Of a stretch of 64,000 nucleotides of DNA, positions 37,256 through 46,070 are shown piece after piece; position 1 is the stretch's first letter, and each line of letters begins with the position of its first letter. Below the pieces are notes generated by a model. That model was not told the DNA's origin, ran no database searches, and worked only from the letters and a program-made list of their open reading frames with translations. Source of the stretch: Candidatus Omnitrophota bacterium (GTDB lineage: Bacteria > Omnitrophota > Omnitrophia > Omnitrophales > Aquincolibacteriaceae); the NCBI GenBank assembly GCA_016930235.1, contig JAFGHI010000045.1:7947-71946 (forward strand). The letters are read 5' to 3'. A program made the translations under genes and the position numbers.

Positions 37256-37626
37256 GTGTGGTCAATAGCTGCAAGCCCATTTGCATTACGTTGCGGCGGG
37301 TTAACTTCAAGCCGCAGGTTGCGGAAGGTTGAAGGTTCGATGTTTAATGTTTTTCCATTGGACATACAACATAAAATATTAATCACGCCTTAAGCCTTAC
37401 CTCCAGCTTCAGGCTTCCAGCTTCTAGCATCTGCTTTGGGGCCTGGAGCTTGTAACTTATCACTCAAAGGCCTACAGCTTTATTTTCGATTTTATTAATT
37501 CTAACCTGTTGCCAAATAATGAGATAAGTTGATTTTTCTTCCAATTCTTGCATTCCTTATAGAAATATCATTCCTACTATTGCTAACACAAGCACCATCG
37601 ATTATTCTTATATTAGGAGGGCGAAA

Positions 37627-38040
37627 ATGGGCGCGCGACCGATTTCAAAACGACGTGGCAAGTTCAGTAATCAAAAAGGGTTAAGCCTTGTTGAACTCAT
37701 GTTGAGCTTTGGGCTCTTTGCTCTGGTAGCCGCAGCGTCCGTTTACGGTCTCATTCAAGCGCATCACATGTCCGAAGATTCGCGTTATCGTTTGCTTGCT
37801 GTCAATGCTGCACGTTCTGTCTTGGAAGAAATAAAAGAAACTCCCTTGCAAAATGTTCCTAATTTTAATGTTTCGGGTTTTATCCCGTCGGATTTACCCA
37901 GTGGGGCAATCACCATTGCTACAAATCCGACTTCGCTTGCAACCGCACCGGTTGCGACTGTGACTGTCACCATCAGCTGGGCGGGTGCGAAGAATGCTGC
38001 AAGGCAGCTTCAAGTGACGACGATGAGAAGCGCCTTTTAA
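37627..38040 (+). CDS. Prepilin-type minor pseudopilin (GspH/I-like)
   Basis: Class III signal peptide QKG|LSLVELM (Gly-1, Glu+5) followed by a hydrophobic helix. Confidence 0.7.
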   Translation: MGARPISKRRGKFSNQKGLSLVELMLSFGLFALVAAASVYGLIQAHHMSEDSRYRLLAVNAARSVLEEIKETPLQNVPNFNVSGFIPSDLPSGAITIATNPTSLATAPVATVTVTISWAGAKNAARQLQVTTMRSAF

Positions 38041-38050
38041 GGGGGCGAAG

Positions 38051-38713
38051 ATGGAAACAGGAAGGGGCCGGCATCAGGACAAAAAGCGCGATCAAGGGAA
38101 AGGGTTTACCCTGATCGAAATCCTTTTTGTGATGCTACTTTTTCCTTTGCTATTTTTCGGAATTTACACGGTGATGAATATGTCCCAGGTTATTTTCAGG
38201 ACCAACGGCGCTTACGCGGCGGTCAATCAAAATGCGATGCAGATTCTGCGGCATATCGGCCGCGAAATCGGACAAACAAGCCCGTTGGTGGCACCCAGCC
38301 ATTTGACTTTGTCGACGGACGGAAGCGGTAACGGCGTAATCCAATTCCAGATTCCTGTGGATTGGGATAATGACGGGGATGCGGTGACGGCCGGGATGAA
38401 TCCCGATGTAGAGTGGGGGGCCTATCAGGAAGCGGGTCAAACCCAAAACGGTATCCTTAACGGGTGGATTGAGTACCGAGTCTTGGATAATCAGCTTTTA
38501 AGACGCGTATTAAATTCGGGCTTGTCCCCCATAGCGGGACTTGAACGGGTGGTTGCCAATGATGTCCAGACGTTTACAGCTTCAAGAAGTATGGATATTG
38601 TGACGACGAGTATTACATTCTCAACGTCGGATACGGTAGGACAAAACGGGGTTGCAAGGAATTACGGGATGACCTACACGAGCCGGACGTTATTAAGGAA
38701 CTCGGTGAACTAA
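38051..38713 (+). CDS. Prepilin-type minor pseudopilin (GspJ/PilW-like)
   Basis: GKG|FTLIEILFVM prepilin motif; 220 aa. Confidence 0.7.
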   Translation: METGRGRHQDKKRDQGKGFTLIEILFVMLLFPLLFFGIYTVMNMSQVIFRTNGAYAAVNQNAMQILRHIGREIGQTSPLVAPSHLTLSTDGSGNGVIQFQIPVDWDNDGDAVTAGMNPDVEWGAYQEAGQTQNGILNGWIEYRVLDNQLLRRVLNSGLSPIAGLERVVANDVQTFTASRSMDIVTTSITFSTSDTVGQNGVARNYGMTYTSRTLLRNSVN

Positions 38714-38714
38714 C

Positions 38715-40262
38715 ATGAAAACACAACAAACGAAAACTGAACAGAAGTGGGTCCGGAAATTAAAAGGCTCTGTTTTGTCTTCGCTTCATAATGAGCGGGG
38801 AGTTGCGCTCTTGAGCGTTTATATCGCTTCCCTCATTATCGGAGTTGTTGCTTCCGCTACTTTCGGGGTTTCATTTTCTGAAATGAAACACATTGAGCGG
38901 GAAGTTTCACGGCTTCAAGGTTATGCTGCCGCCGAAGCGGGTGTTCAGAACGCAATGGCGCAGATTTCGGTGAATGCCTATACCGGGTTCATTAACATCA
39001 ACCCTATTGATGTCTCGGATTTTCAGGATGTAAGCGGCAATTCGGTAGGGGATTATTCGGTGACGATCAATTATCCTGATGAGGCCGATTGGGTGATCGT
39101 CCAAGCGACCGCCAATGTACAGACCGAAACACGAAGTCTTGAGGCCCGAATTTTTCTGGAATCCAATTTTTCGAAATATCTGGTTTACGCGGATTCGACG
39201 AGTTTCGCTTCGGGATCGGATGCCCAATACGGGGACCCTGATTATACGGATGCCTATGGGGACGGAGAACCCGACTATCCCGAGCTTGTGCCTCCAAATG
39301 AAGATGACAGGGCCTCACTTTATTTTACGGGGGATTGGGTCCTTTCCGGTTCCAATGTGACCTTGTATGGAGATGCCCACGCCGAGGGTGAAATCCAGGC
39401 AACGGGGTCCGGGGATATCAACGGGGACACTTATTCCGCCGATTATGATGAAAATTCGAGCGGTGCGGTGACCGATTCGGGTGTTTCAGGAAGCGTTCAA
39501 GTTGGCGATGGATTTGACGATGATGAGGACCGTAATGGTGACTTCGTAGTCGATTCAAGCGACTATCCTGATTATCATGATCTTACCGATGCCGGGGAAG
39601 AGGATAGTCATGCCACGGAGACGCTGGTTGAAATCGATCATAGTTTTTATGCGACCAACAACGATACGCCGGATTTTGTCGGGGCTTCGGCCCAAAACCG
39701 TTTTCTGGAGTTTCAGAAAAACGGGGCCCAAACGGAGATTGTGGAATACAGCAATAACCAATACAGCACACAAATTGGTTCACAGACGATTCCTTCAAGT
39801 GCCATCGTCTACGTGAAGGGAGATATTTACGTGAAGGGTGAGATCGAAGGCCGTGTGACCGTCGTTTCCTCAGACGATATTTTTCTCGTCGACGATGTAA
39901 GCTATTCAAACGGTCAGAAATACGCCGACGCCGATCATTCGACGGCCTTTTTAGCGAAGGATAAACTTTTCTTTTTGAATAATAACCTGGAGACAAGCGG
40001 GATCCTTTATGCGGAGAATTCTTCGAATAGCTCTGTTTGTTTCGACGCAAATTACAATACCAATCTGGCGTATGATCCCAATAGCAAAAATGATTTGCAC
40101 CTTTATGGCAATCGTGTGATTAACGGGAGCACGAACCTGAGCCTTTATGATGATCGCATTTATGGTTACGATAAGAATTTAAGATATTACCGGCCGCCGG
40201 GGATTCCGGTGGTGCCGGATCTTCGAATCGTCCGAGAAGTGGACCCGCCTGCCGGGTCTTGA
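38715..40262 (+). CDS. GspK/PilX_N-like pilus protein, large, with Asp/Tyr-rich central segment
   Basis: ERGVALLSVYIASLIIGVVA followed by an AAAEAGVQNA motif, as in PilX_N/GspK. Central acidic DxDxDG-like stretches are present (GDINGDTYSADYDE, DDDEDRNGD); 515 aa. Confidence 0.5.
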   Translation: MKTQQTKTEQKWVRKLKGSVLSSLHNERGVALLSVYIASLIIGVVASATFGVSFSEMKHIEREVSRLQGYAAAEAGVQNAMAQISVNAYTGFININPIDVSDFQDVSGNSVGDYSVTINYPDEADWVIVQATANVQTETRSLEARIFLESNFSKYLVYADSTSFASGSDAQYGDPDYTDAYGDGEPDYPELVPPNEDDRASLYFTGDWVLSGSNVTLYGDAHAEGEIQATGSGDINGDTYSADYDENSSGAVTDSGVSGSVQVGDGFDDDEDRNGDFVVDSSDYPDYHDLTDAGEEDSHATETLVEIDHSFYATNNDTPDFVGASAQNRFLEFQKNGAQTEIVEYSNNQYSTQIGSQTIPSSAIVYVKGDIYVKGEIEGRVTVVSSDDIFLVDDVSYSNGQKYADADHSTAFLAKDKLFFLNNNLETSGILYAENSSNSSVCFDANYNTNLAYDPNSKNDLHLYGNRVINGSTNLSLYDDRIYGYDKNLRYYRPPGIPVVPDLRIVREVDPPAGS

Positions 40263-40280
40263 GGAAAAATTGGGGGAATT

Positions 40281-40553
40281 ATGAGGAGAGAGATCAGACA
40301 AATCGTCCAAGGAGGTTCTCTTACGTTTTTTTTGTGTGTTGTTTTAGTCTTTGCTGCGGGATGCGTGAAGAAACCCAAAGAACTTCCGGGCGGTGCGGAA
40401 AAGAAAGAAGGCCTGCCGGTTTTGGCTCAAAATATGGTTTATCTGACTAATCGTTCCGAGCCGGTGGCGTCCAAAAACTTAACGTTCGAAGACTCGCCCG
40501 ATCCATTTAAGAAGGACAAAGAAGCTGATTTCTTGGAAGTGAAGGCAGATTAA
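40281..40553 (+). CDS. Small lipoprotein inside the pilin cluster
   Basis: Lipobox FAAGC after a hydrophobic signal; 90 aa. Confidence 0.45.
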   Translation: MRREIRQIVQGGSLTFFLCVVLVFAAGCVKKPKELPGGAEKKEGLPVLAQNMVYLTNRSEPVASKNLTFEDSPDPFKKDKEADFLEVKAD

Positions 40554-40590
40554 AAATTCAAGACAGTGCGGGTTATCCTTACAGGAGAGC

Positions 40591-41004
40591 TTGATGAAAA
40601 ACGAGGAATCGGGATTTACGCTGGTCGAAGTTGTTTTTACGGTTTGTATCGTTGTGGTGGCACTTCTTGGGATTATGAGCGCCAATACGACAGCGGAACG
40701 CAGTAGTGAGGCCGCTTTTGAAAAATCTTTGGCCGCGCAGGATGCCAATCGCGTGATCGAACTCTTGCGGGATGCAGCCAATACGGGATCTTCGCCGGCT
40801 TTTCAGACGGATGTCCAAAATGCCGAAAGTGCGGCGATTGCGGCTGCTGCGAGTATGCCCGCAGGACTCAATGAATCGATTACGGTAAATTATGATGATG
40901 TTTCAGCGGACCCTTTGGATATAACGGTCACGGTTTCCTGGGATATGAACGGGGTTCGCACCGTTTCGATCGCCTTAAGAACATTGCTTACGAAAAGGAC
41001 ATAA
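40591..41004 (+). CDS. Prepilin-type minor pseudopilin (GspI/H-like)
   Basis: ESG|FTLVEVVF prepilin motif. Confidence 0.7.
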   Translation: MMKNEESGFTLVEVVFTVCIVVVALLGIMSANTTAERSSEAAFEKSLAAQDANRVIELLRDAANTGSSPAFQTDVQNAESAAIAAAASMPAGLNESITVNYDDVSADPLDITVTVSWDMNGVRTVSIALRTLLTKRT

Positions 41005-41561
41005 TGATGATGAGCCCATCGGAGAGACAAAAAGGTTTTACGCTTATCGAAATGATGATCGTTGTTGCCATATGTACCGTGATTGCGGGGGGTATTTTTC
41101 TTGCGTTGCAGGCCGGACAAACCCAAACAGGTGTTGCGGACCTTAAGATGATGCTACAGGATTCCGCCCGCGAAGCGATTTACAAGATGGTCCAGGAGAT
41201 CCGTCAGTCCGCTCCGAGCAAGATCACGATCGGTGCTGGCGGAAATTCCATTCAATTTGAGTTCCCTGATCCCACGGCCCCCGTCGACGGCAGTTATAAT
41301 ATTGATTGGGACAGTGCTCATACACTTACCTATGCCCTTGGCGGGACGGGTTCTCAGATTATCCGCACGGATTCGGATGCAGGGACAACGCAGATTTTGG
41401 CCAATGACGTTGTGGACATCGATTTTACGGGTAATTCGGGACAACCGACTTTGGTGACGATTACCGTCAGTGTTCAAAGAACCTTTACGAATGGCCGTGT
41501 GGTCCCGGATAGTCCTCTTGCTGTGTTGGGCCAGGCAGAAGTCCGTAACGTGTCGTCCTAA
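41004..41561 (+). CDS. Prepilin-type minor pseudopilin (GspJ-like)
   Basis: QKG|FTLIEMMIVVAI prepilin motif. Confidence 0.7.
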   Translation: MMMSPSERQKGFTLIEMMIVVAICTVIAGGIFLALQAGQTQTGVADLKMMLQDSAREAIYKMVQEIRQSAPSKITIGAGGNSIQFEFPDPTAPVDGSYNIDWDSAHTLTYALGGTGSQIIRTDSDAGTTQILANDVVDIDFTGNSGQPTLVTITVSVQRTFTNGRVVPDSPLAVLGQAEVRNVSS

Positions 41562-41820
41562 GGGAAATTCCTAGACCCATTTATTTTTTACCCCTCTTGT
41601 GCCCTCATCTTTTAGAGCTTTAAGAAGACTTAACCTCCTGAAAAGGCCAAGGTTAAGATTCCCGGCCCGCTGTTTTTTGTCTGCGGCTTGCAAACAACAT
41701 ACCTAACAAAAACATCATTTCTATTTTTAGTAAGTCGTAACGCCTTTGGGCCTATAGGATTTGTTAGGAATATCATTTATATTTTAAGTAGGCCCAGGTT
41801 CCGTTGCGGAAACGGAAAAT

Positions 41821-43239
41821 ATGGAGAATGTGATGTTTAAAAAAGGACTTGTCGGGAGAAACCAGAGTAAGGGGTTTATCCTCATAACGTCGTACTTTCT
41901 TATTGCGGCGTTATCGATGTTATCGCTTGCCTTTTTGATGCGCGGCAACGTTTTCCTCAATTCTGTCGAGAGAAACATGAATCGTTATGTGGCCTTTCAT
42001 ATGGCCGAGGCAGGTGTTGACATTGCCCTCGCGACGCTGAACACAAGTCCCAATTACGCGGGCACCGGCGGTTATACCTCACTTGGAAACAATGGGGGAT
42101 ATCGCGTGGATGTTTGTCCTCCGACTTGTGACGGACTCACGCAGCCGACGGGTTCGAATATTCGTCTGATTTCCGCCACGGGTTTTGCTCCGAGCAATAG
42201 TGCGAGCGACAGAGGTTTTGAAACCCGGACCGTGACGGTGTATGCCAGCGTTCAATCCGATCCCACTTTTCAAAATGCCATTTTTTCAAACGACCTCGTT
42301 GCCTTGGTCGGCAGCGGAAAAACAGACAGCTACGACTCCAGAGACGGCGCTTACGGAGGAGACAATCTTACGCAAGAGGGTCATGTCAGGACCAATGCGA
42401 CGGCCGATGACCGGATCACGCTGATCGGAAGCCCGGATATTTATGGGGACGCCGTTGTCGGACCGGAGGCCGATCCGAGCGATGTCATTTTTAAATTTGG
42501 TCTTGGGATCAAAATAACCGGAGAACAAACAAGTGCGGCCGAAACCAAGGATTATGAATCGGTGGAAGACGTCTCGGTTTCGTCTACAGAGGAAGACGGA
42601 GCACTTTTCCTAACGGGTGAGGATGTCGTTTACCTCAACGAAGGGACCTATGATTATTCATCCGTGACGGTTGCCAACGACGCGGAGATTATCGCCTTGG
42701 GACCGATCACGATGAATGTAAGTGGGAATGTCAGCTTTTTGAATAGCGGGTCGATGACGTCGGTAAGCTCTGTGACGGTCAACACGGGCGGGGCCTTCAG
42801 CCTAGTCGGTGACGCATCTTTAGAGACCGGCGGAACGACTGAGATCAATTCCGTTGGCTCTGTCAATATTATCGATACGGCGGAAATCGATTCCGGCGGT
42901 CCGACAACCATTACGGCCAGTGATAACGTCCGGTTGTGGGGGCGTGGGGTGGTGACCTATGATAATGATCCAACTAATCTTGTCTTAAATGTTCCTGACG
43001 GCAGTCCCGTCACGCTTATCGGCGATGATCAATTTTACGGAGCAATCTATGCTCCGGATTCCCTCGTGACCATTATTGGCAGCGCTGATATTTTTGGCGG
43101 TGTGATTTCCGAGGATTTCATCTGTGTCGCCAATTGCGGGATTCATTATGATGCGGCCTTGGAAGCCGTTGGGGTCGGCCAGGATTCGGCCGTCGAGGTT
43201 CTGTCCTGGGTCGAAAATGATACGGTTGCGGCCAGTTGA
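41821..43239 (+). CDS. GspK/PilX_N-like large pilus protein with beta-solenoid-like C-terminal region (paralog A)
   Basis: SKGFILITSYFLIAAL (Gly-Phe present, no Glu+5, as in GspK) followed by HMAEAGVDIALATL. Long G/S/T/V-rich repeats run through the C-terminal region. The protein ends ...FYGAIYAPDSLVTIIGSADIFGGVISEDF. Confidence 0.5.
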   Translation: MENVMFKKGLVGRNQSKGFILITSYFLIAALSMLSLAFLMRGNVFLNSVERNMNRYVAFHMAEAGVDIALATLNTSPNYAGTGGYTSLGNNGGYRVDVCPPTCDGLTQPTGSNIRLISATGFAPSNSASDRGFETRTVTVYASVQSDPTFQNAIFSNDLVALVGSGKTDSYDSRDGAYGGDNLTQEGHVRTNATADDRITLIGSPDIYGDAVVGPEADPSDVIFKFGLGIKITGEQTSAAETKDYESVEDVSVSSTEEDGALFLTGEDVVYLNEGTYDYSSVTVANDAEIIALGPITMNVSGNVSFLNSGSMTSVSSVTVNTGGAFSLVGDASLETGGTTEINSVGSVNIIDTAEIDSGGPTTITASDNVRLWGRGVVTYDNDPTNLVLNVPDGSPVTLIGDDQFYGAIYAPDSLVTIIGSADIFGGVISEDFICVANCGIHYDAALEAVGVGQDSAVEVLSWVENDTVAAS

Positions 43240-43368
43240 TCGGTTATACCCTTGGGGAAAAATGTTGAGGTATTATTTTAATTTAGGATGTAAGGTTTGG
43301 TAGGAATCGAAATCATTTTTGGTGTTTATGCAATAAGGCAAGATAGCCGATGATGAGAGGACAAGGGG

Positions 43369-44697
43369 ATGGCGGAAATGACAGACTCAAATAAGAAGAG
43401 GTTGCCGAAAGATCACGAAAAGGGATTTTTTCTTATTGTCTCTTATTTAGTGATTGCAACGCTCGCTGTCTTTTCCGTTGCGCTTTTTACTCGCTCCTTC
43501 AATTTTCAGAATGTGACCGAATCCAATAAGAACCGGATTGCGGCCTTCAATATGGCTGAAGCGGGACTGGATCAGGCCATTGTCCAGCTGGCCCAGGTCA
43601 GTCCGTTTCAACCTTTTACATCCATGAATTATCCTTGCTCAGGGGGGACCTATTATTCCGTGAATACAGCAACGGGCCGGACCGATGGATGCGCGACGTC
43701 TTATACAGATTTCTCTGCGGCAAACAGCAGCGTCCAGGGTGGCTATGATATCTGGGTTACGGATCCTTCTCCCAACAGCGGTTTTCGTCAGGTCGAAGTG
43801 GCAGGGCATGTGCCTTCTAATGGCAGCAGCACCATCGCAGGAGATTGTCCTGCGGTAAGTCCGGGTGTCCGCGGTTATGCCTGCCAGTCTTTGGTCGCTT
43901 ACGTTGAATTGGACGACACCCTTTTTGATAACGCCGTTTTTTCGGAAGGTGATTTAGTGCTAAATGGGACCTCGACGGATATTGACAGTTACAATTCTGA
44001 TTTGGGGGTTTATGGGGGCTCGAATGTCGGGGAGAATGGAGACATTGCCAGTAACGGTTCGTTTGACGGCGGTGAAATCGTTTATAATGGAAGTCCGGAT
44101 GTTGACGGGGAAGTTCATGAAAACATGAGTATTTATTGTGATGCGCCGTCGGTCTCTCCGGGGATTTCCTCGATGGGGACTTTAAATAAAAATTCCGATT
44201 ACACCCTTCCCGATATGCCGACCAATACTTATCGGTACGATTCGATGACCTTTGGGGGAAACGCTGAAATCACGATTTCACCTTCGGACGGAAGTGCGGC
44301 AACGGTCTACGTGGACGGAAATCTCACGATTGGGGGCGGCAGTAAGATTATTATCGATGTTCCCGTTGTGATGTATGTGGGGGGAACGATCGATATCGGA
44401 GGCAGTGGGATCACCAATACGAGCCAGATTCCATCCAACTTGATCATCGTTTCTACAGGAAGCGGGGATGTTGATGTTTCGGGTGGCGTTGCCTTTTACG
44501 GAGCGATCTTCGCGCCCGACTCGGATTTCGATCTGAGCGGCAGCGTGGAATTTCACGGGGCTGTTTTTGCGGCCGATTTCCGTCACAACGGGACCAACAA
44601 TCTTCATTACGATGAAGCCTTGACCGATACGACAACTCCTTGTGTCGTCGTTAGGCTTCGTTCTTGGCGCCAGAAGAATACCATTGCCAGTTCTTAG
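43369..44697 (+). CDS. GspK/PilX_N-like large pilus protein with beta-solenoid-like C-terminal region (paralog B)
   Basis: EKGFFLIVSYLVIATL plus NMAEAGLDQAIVQL. C-terminal ...VAFYGAIFAPDSDFDLSGSVEFHGAVFAADF is clearly paralogous to 41821..43239. Confidence 0.5.
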   Translation: MAEMTDSNKKRLPKDHEKGFFLIVSYLVIATLAVFSVALFTRSFNFQNVTESNKNRIAAFNMAEAGLDQAIVQLAQVSPFQPFTSMNYPCSGGTYYSVNTATGRTDGCATSYTDFSAANSSVQGGYDIWVTDPSPNSGFRQVEVAGHVPSNGSSTIAGDCPAVSPGVRGYACQSLVAYVELDDTLFDNAVFSEGDLVLNGTSTDIDSYNSDLGVYGGSNVGENGDIASNGSFDGGEIVYNGSPDVDGEVHENMSIYCDAPSVSPGISSMGTLNKNSDYTLPDMPTNTYRYDSMTFGGNAEITISPSDGSAATVYVDGNLTIGGGSKIIIDVPVVMYVGGTIDIGGSGITNTSQIPSNLIIVSTGSGDVDVSGGVAFYGAIFAPDSDFDLSGSVEFHGAVFAADFRHNGTNNLHYDEALTDTTTPCVVVRLRSWRQKNTIASS

Positions 44698-44804
44698 GAA
44701 ACTTCTTCTTTCATCATTTACAATCTAGCCCCTTAACCTGGGGTGTCTTCTTATACGAACGCACCCCTTGACCCCCCTCAAGGAAGCCGATATGATGACA
44801 GCCT

Positions 44805-45554
44805 ATGAAAATTGCTGAAAGTTTTATCCTTATTACCGGGGCCGCCAAACGTCTGGGCCGTGAAATGGCTTTGCGCCTTGCCCAGGAAGAGGCCTCGCTT
44901 GTCCTTCATTACAACCGTTCGAAGCGGGAGGCGGAGGAACTCCAGGAAGAAGTCGAAGGGCTCGGGGGGCGAGCTTATCTTGTCCGGGCCGATCTTTCGG
45001 CCGGAAAAGGGAATTTGGTCCCGCGGCTCAAGCAATTTGTCGGGGAGGTTTACCGGAAAGTTCCGGGGGTGGACGTTCTTATCAATAACGCCTCGATCTT
45101 TTATCCGGCACCTTTTGGAAAGATCAAGGAATCCGATTGGGATAAATTGATGTCCGTGAATCTGAAAGCGCCCTTTTTCCTCGCCCAGGAGATCGGGCTC
45201 CGGATGCTGAAGCAAAGAAGAGGGAAAATTATCAACTTGATCGATTGGACGGCCATGAAGCCCCGGAAAAATTATCTGCCGTATGCGGTTTCAAAAGCGG
45301 GACTTCAGGCAGCGACGATAGGATTAGCGAGAACCTTGGCACCACACGTTCAGGTGTTGGGGATTGCCCCGGGACCGGTCCTTCCGCCCAAGGGAACGAA
45401 CCGGAAGGCGGCAGGAGAAATCATTTCGAAGACTTTACTCAAGCGGTTCGGTCATCCGAGTGACATTTCGGAAACAGTCCGGTTTTTGATCGCCGGAACG
45501 GATTTCATGACCGGAGCGGTAATCCCCGTCGAAGGCGGCGCCTCCGTTTTTTAG
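44805..45554 (+). CDS. Short-chain dehydrogenase/reductase, pteridine-reductase/FolM-like
   Basis: ILITGAAKRLGREMA Rossmann motif, NNAS, and YAVSKAG (YxxxK). Confidence 0.7.
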   Translation: MKIAESFILITGAAKRLGREMALRLAQEEASLVLHYNRSKREAEELQEEVEGLGGRAYLVRADLSAGKGNLVPRLKQFVGEVYRKVPGVDVLINNASIFYPAPFGKIKESDWDKLMSVNLKAPFFLAQEIGLRMLKQRRGKIINLIDWTAMKPRKNYLPYAVSKAGLQAATIGLARTLAPHVQVLGIAPGPVLPPKGTNRKAAGEIISKTLLKRFGHPSDISETVRFLIAGTDFMTGAVIPVEGGASVF

Positions 45555-45668
45555 AAGTAGAGCGCGCGGAAGTAAGAAGTTGGAAGTAAGAGATAGGAAA
45601 TAATTTTTTTCATATTTCATACTTCCTGCCCCATGTTTTTTTGTTAGCACAAAGGAGAGTGGCAAAAG

Positions 45669-46070
45669 ATGTTTCGAGTTGTACGGGAAATTCATTTTAG
45701 TTACGGGCACCGGCTTTTGGATTATCCGGGAAAATGTTCGCATCTTCACGGTCATAATGCGCGGGTGTATATCGAGGTTTCCAGCGAGAGGCTGAATCAC
45801 GAGGGGATGGTGATGGACTTCTACCAAATCCGCGAGGCAGTGGGGAGCTGGATCCGCGAGGTTTTAGATCACAAAATGATTCTTTATAAGGAGGATCCCC
45901 TGGTTCCTATTCTCCAGAAAGCGGGAGAGCCGATTGTCTTAATGGACCAAAACCCAACAGCCGAAGCCCTCGCTCAATGGATTTTTATGGAGGCCCGCAA
46001 GAAAAGGCTTCCGGTTTCGCGTGTCACGTTATGGGAGACCCAGGATAATTCCGCCGTCTATCATGAGTAG
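45669..46070 (+). CDS. queD: 6-carboxy-5,6,7,8-tetrahydropterin synthase QueD (PTPS family)
   Basis: CSHLHGHN zinc/catalytic motif; 133 aa. Confidence 0.8.
   Translation: MFRVVREIHFSYGHRLLDYPGKCSHLHGHNARVYIEVSSERLNHEGMVMDFYQIREAVGSWIREVLDHKMILYKEDPLVPILQKAGEPIVLMDQNPTAEALAQWIFMEARKKRLPVSRVTLWETQDNSAVYHE

Noticed and set aside
37256-37626. AT-rich 370 bp region before the pilin cluster as a possible mobile-element boundary or attachment site
   Set aside because: No flanking direct repeats, tRNA or integrase are present. It is more simply a promoter or regulatory region for the pilin operon, so it was folded into the pilin-cluster finding.
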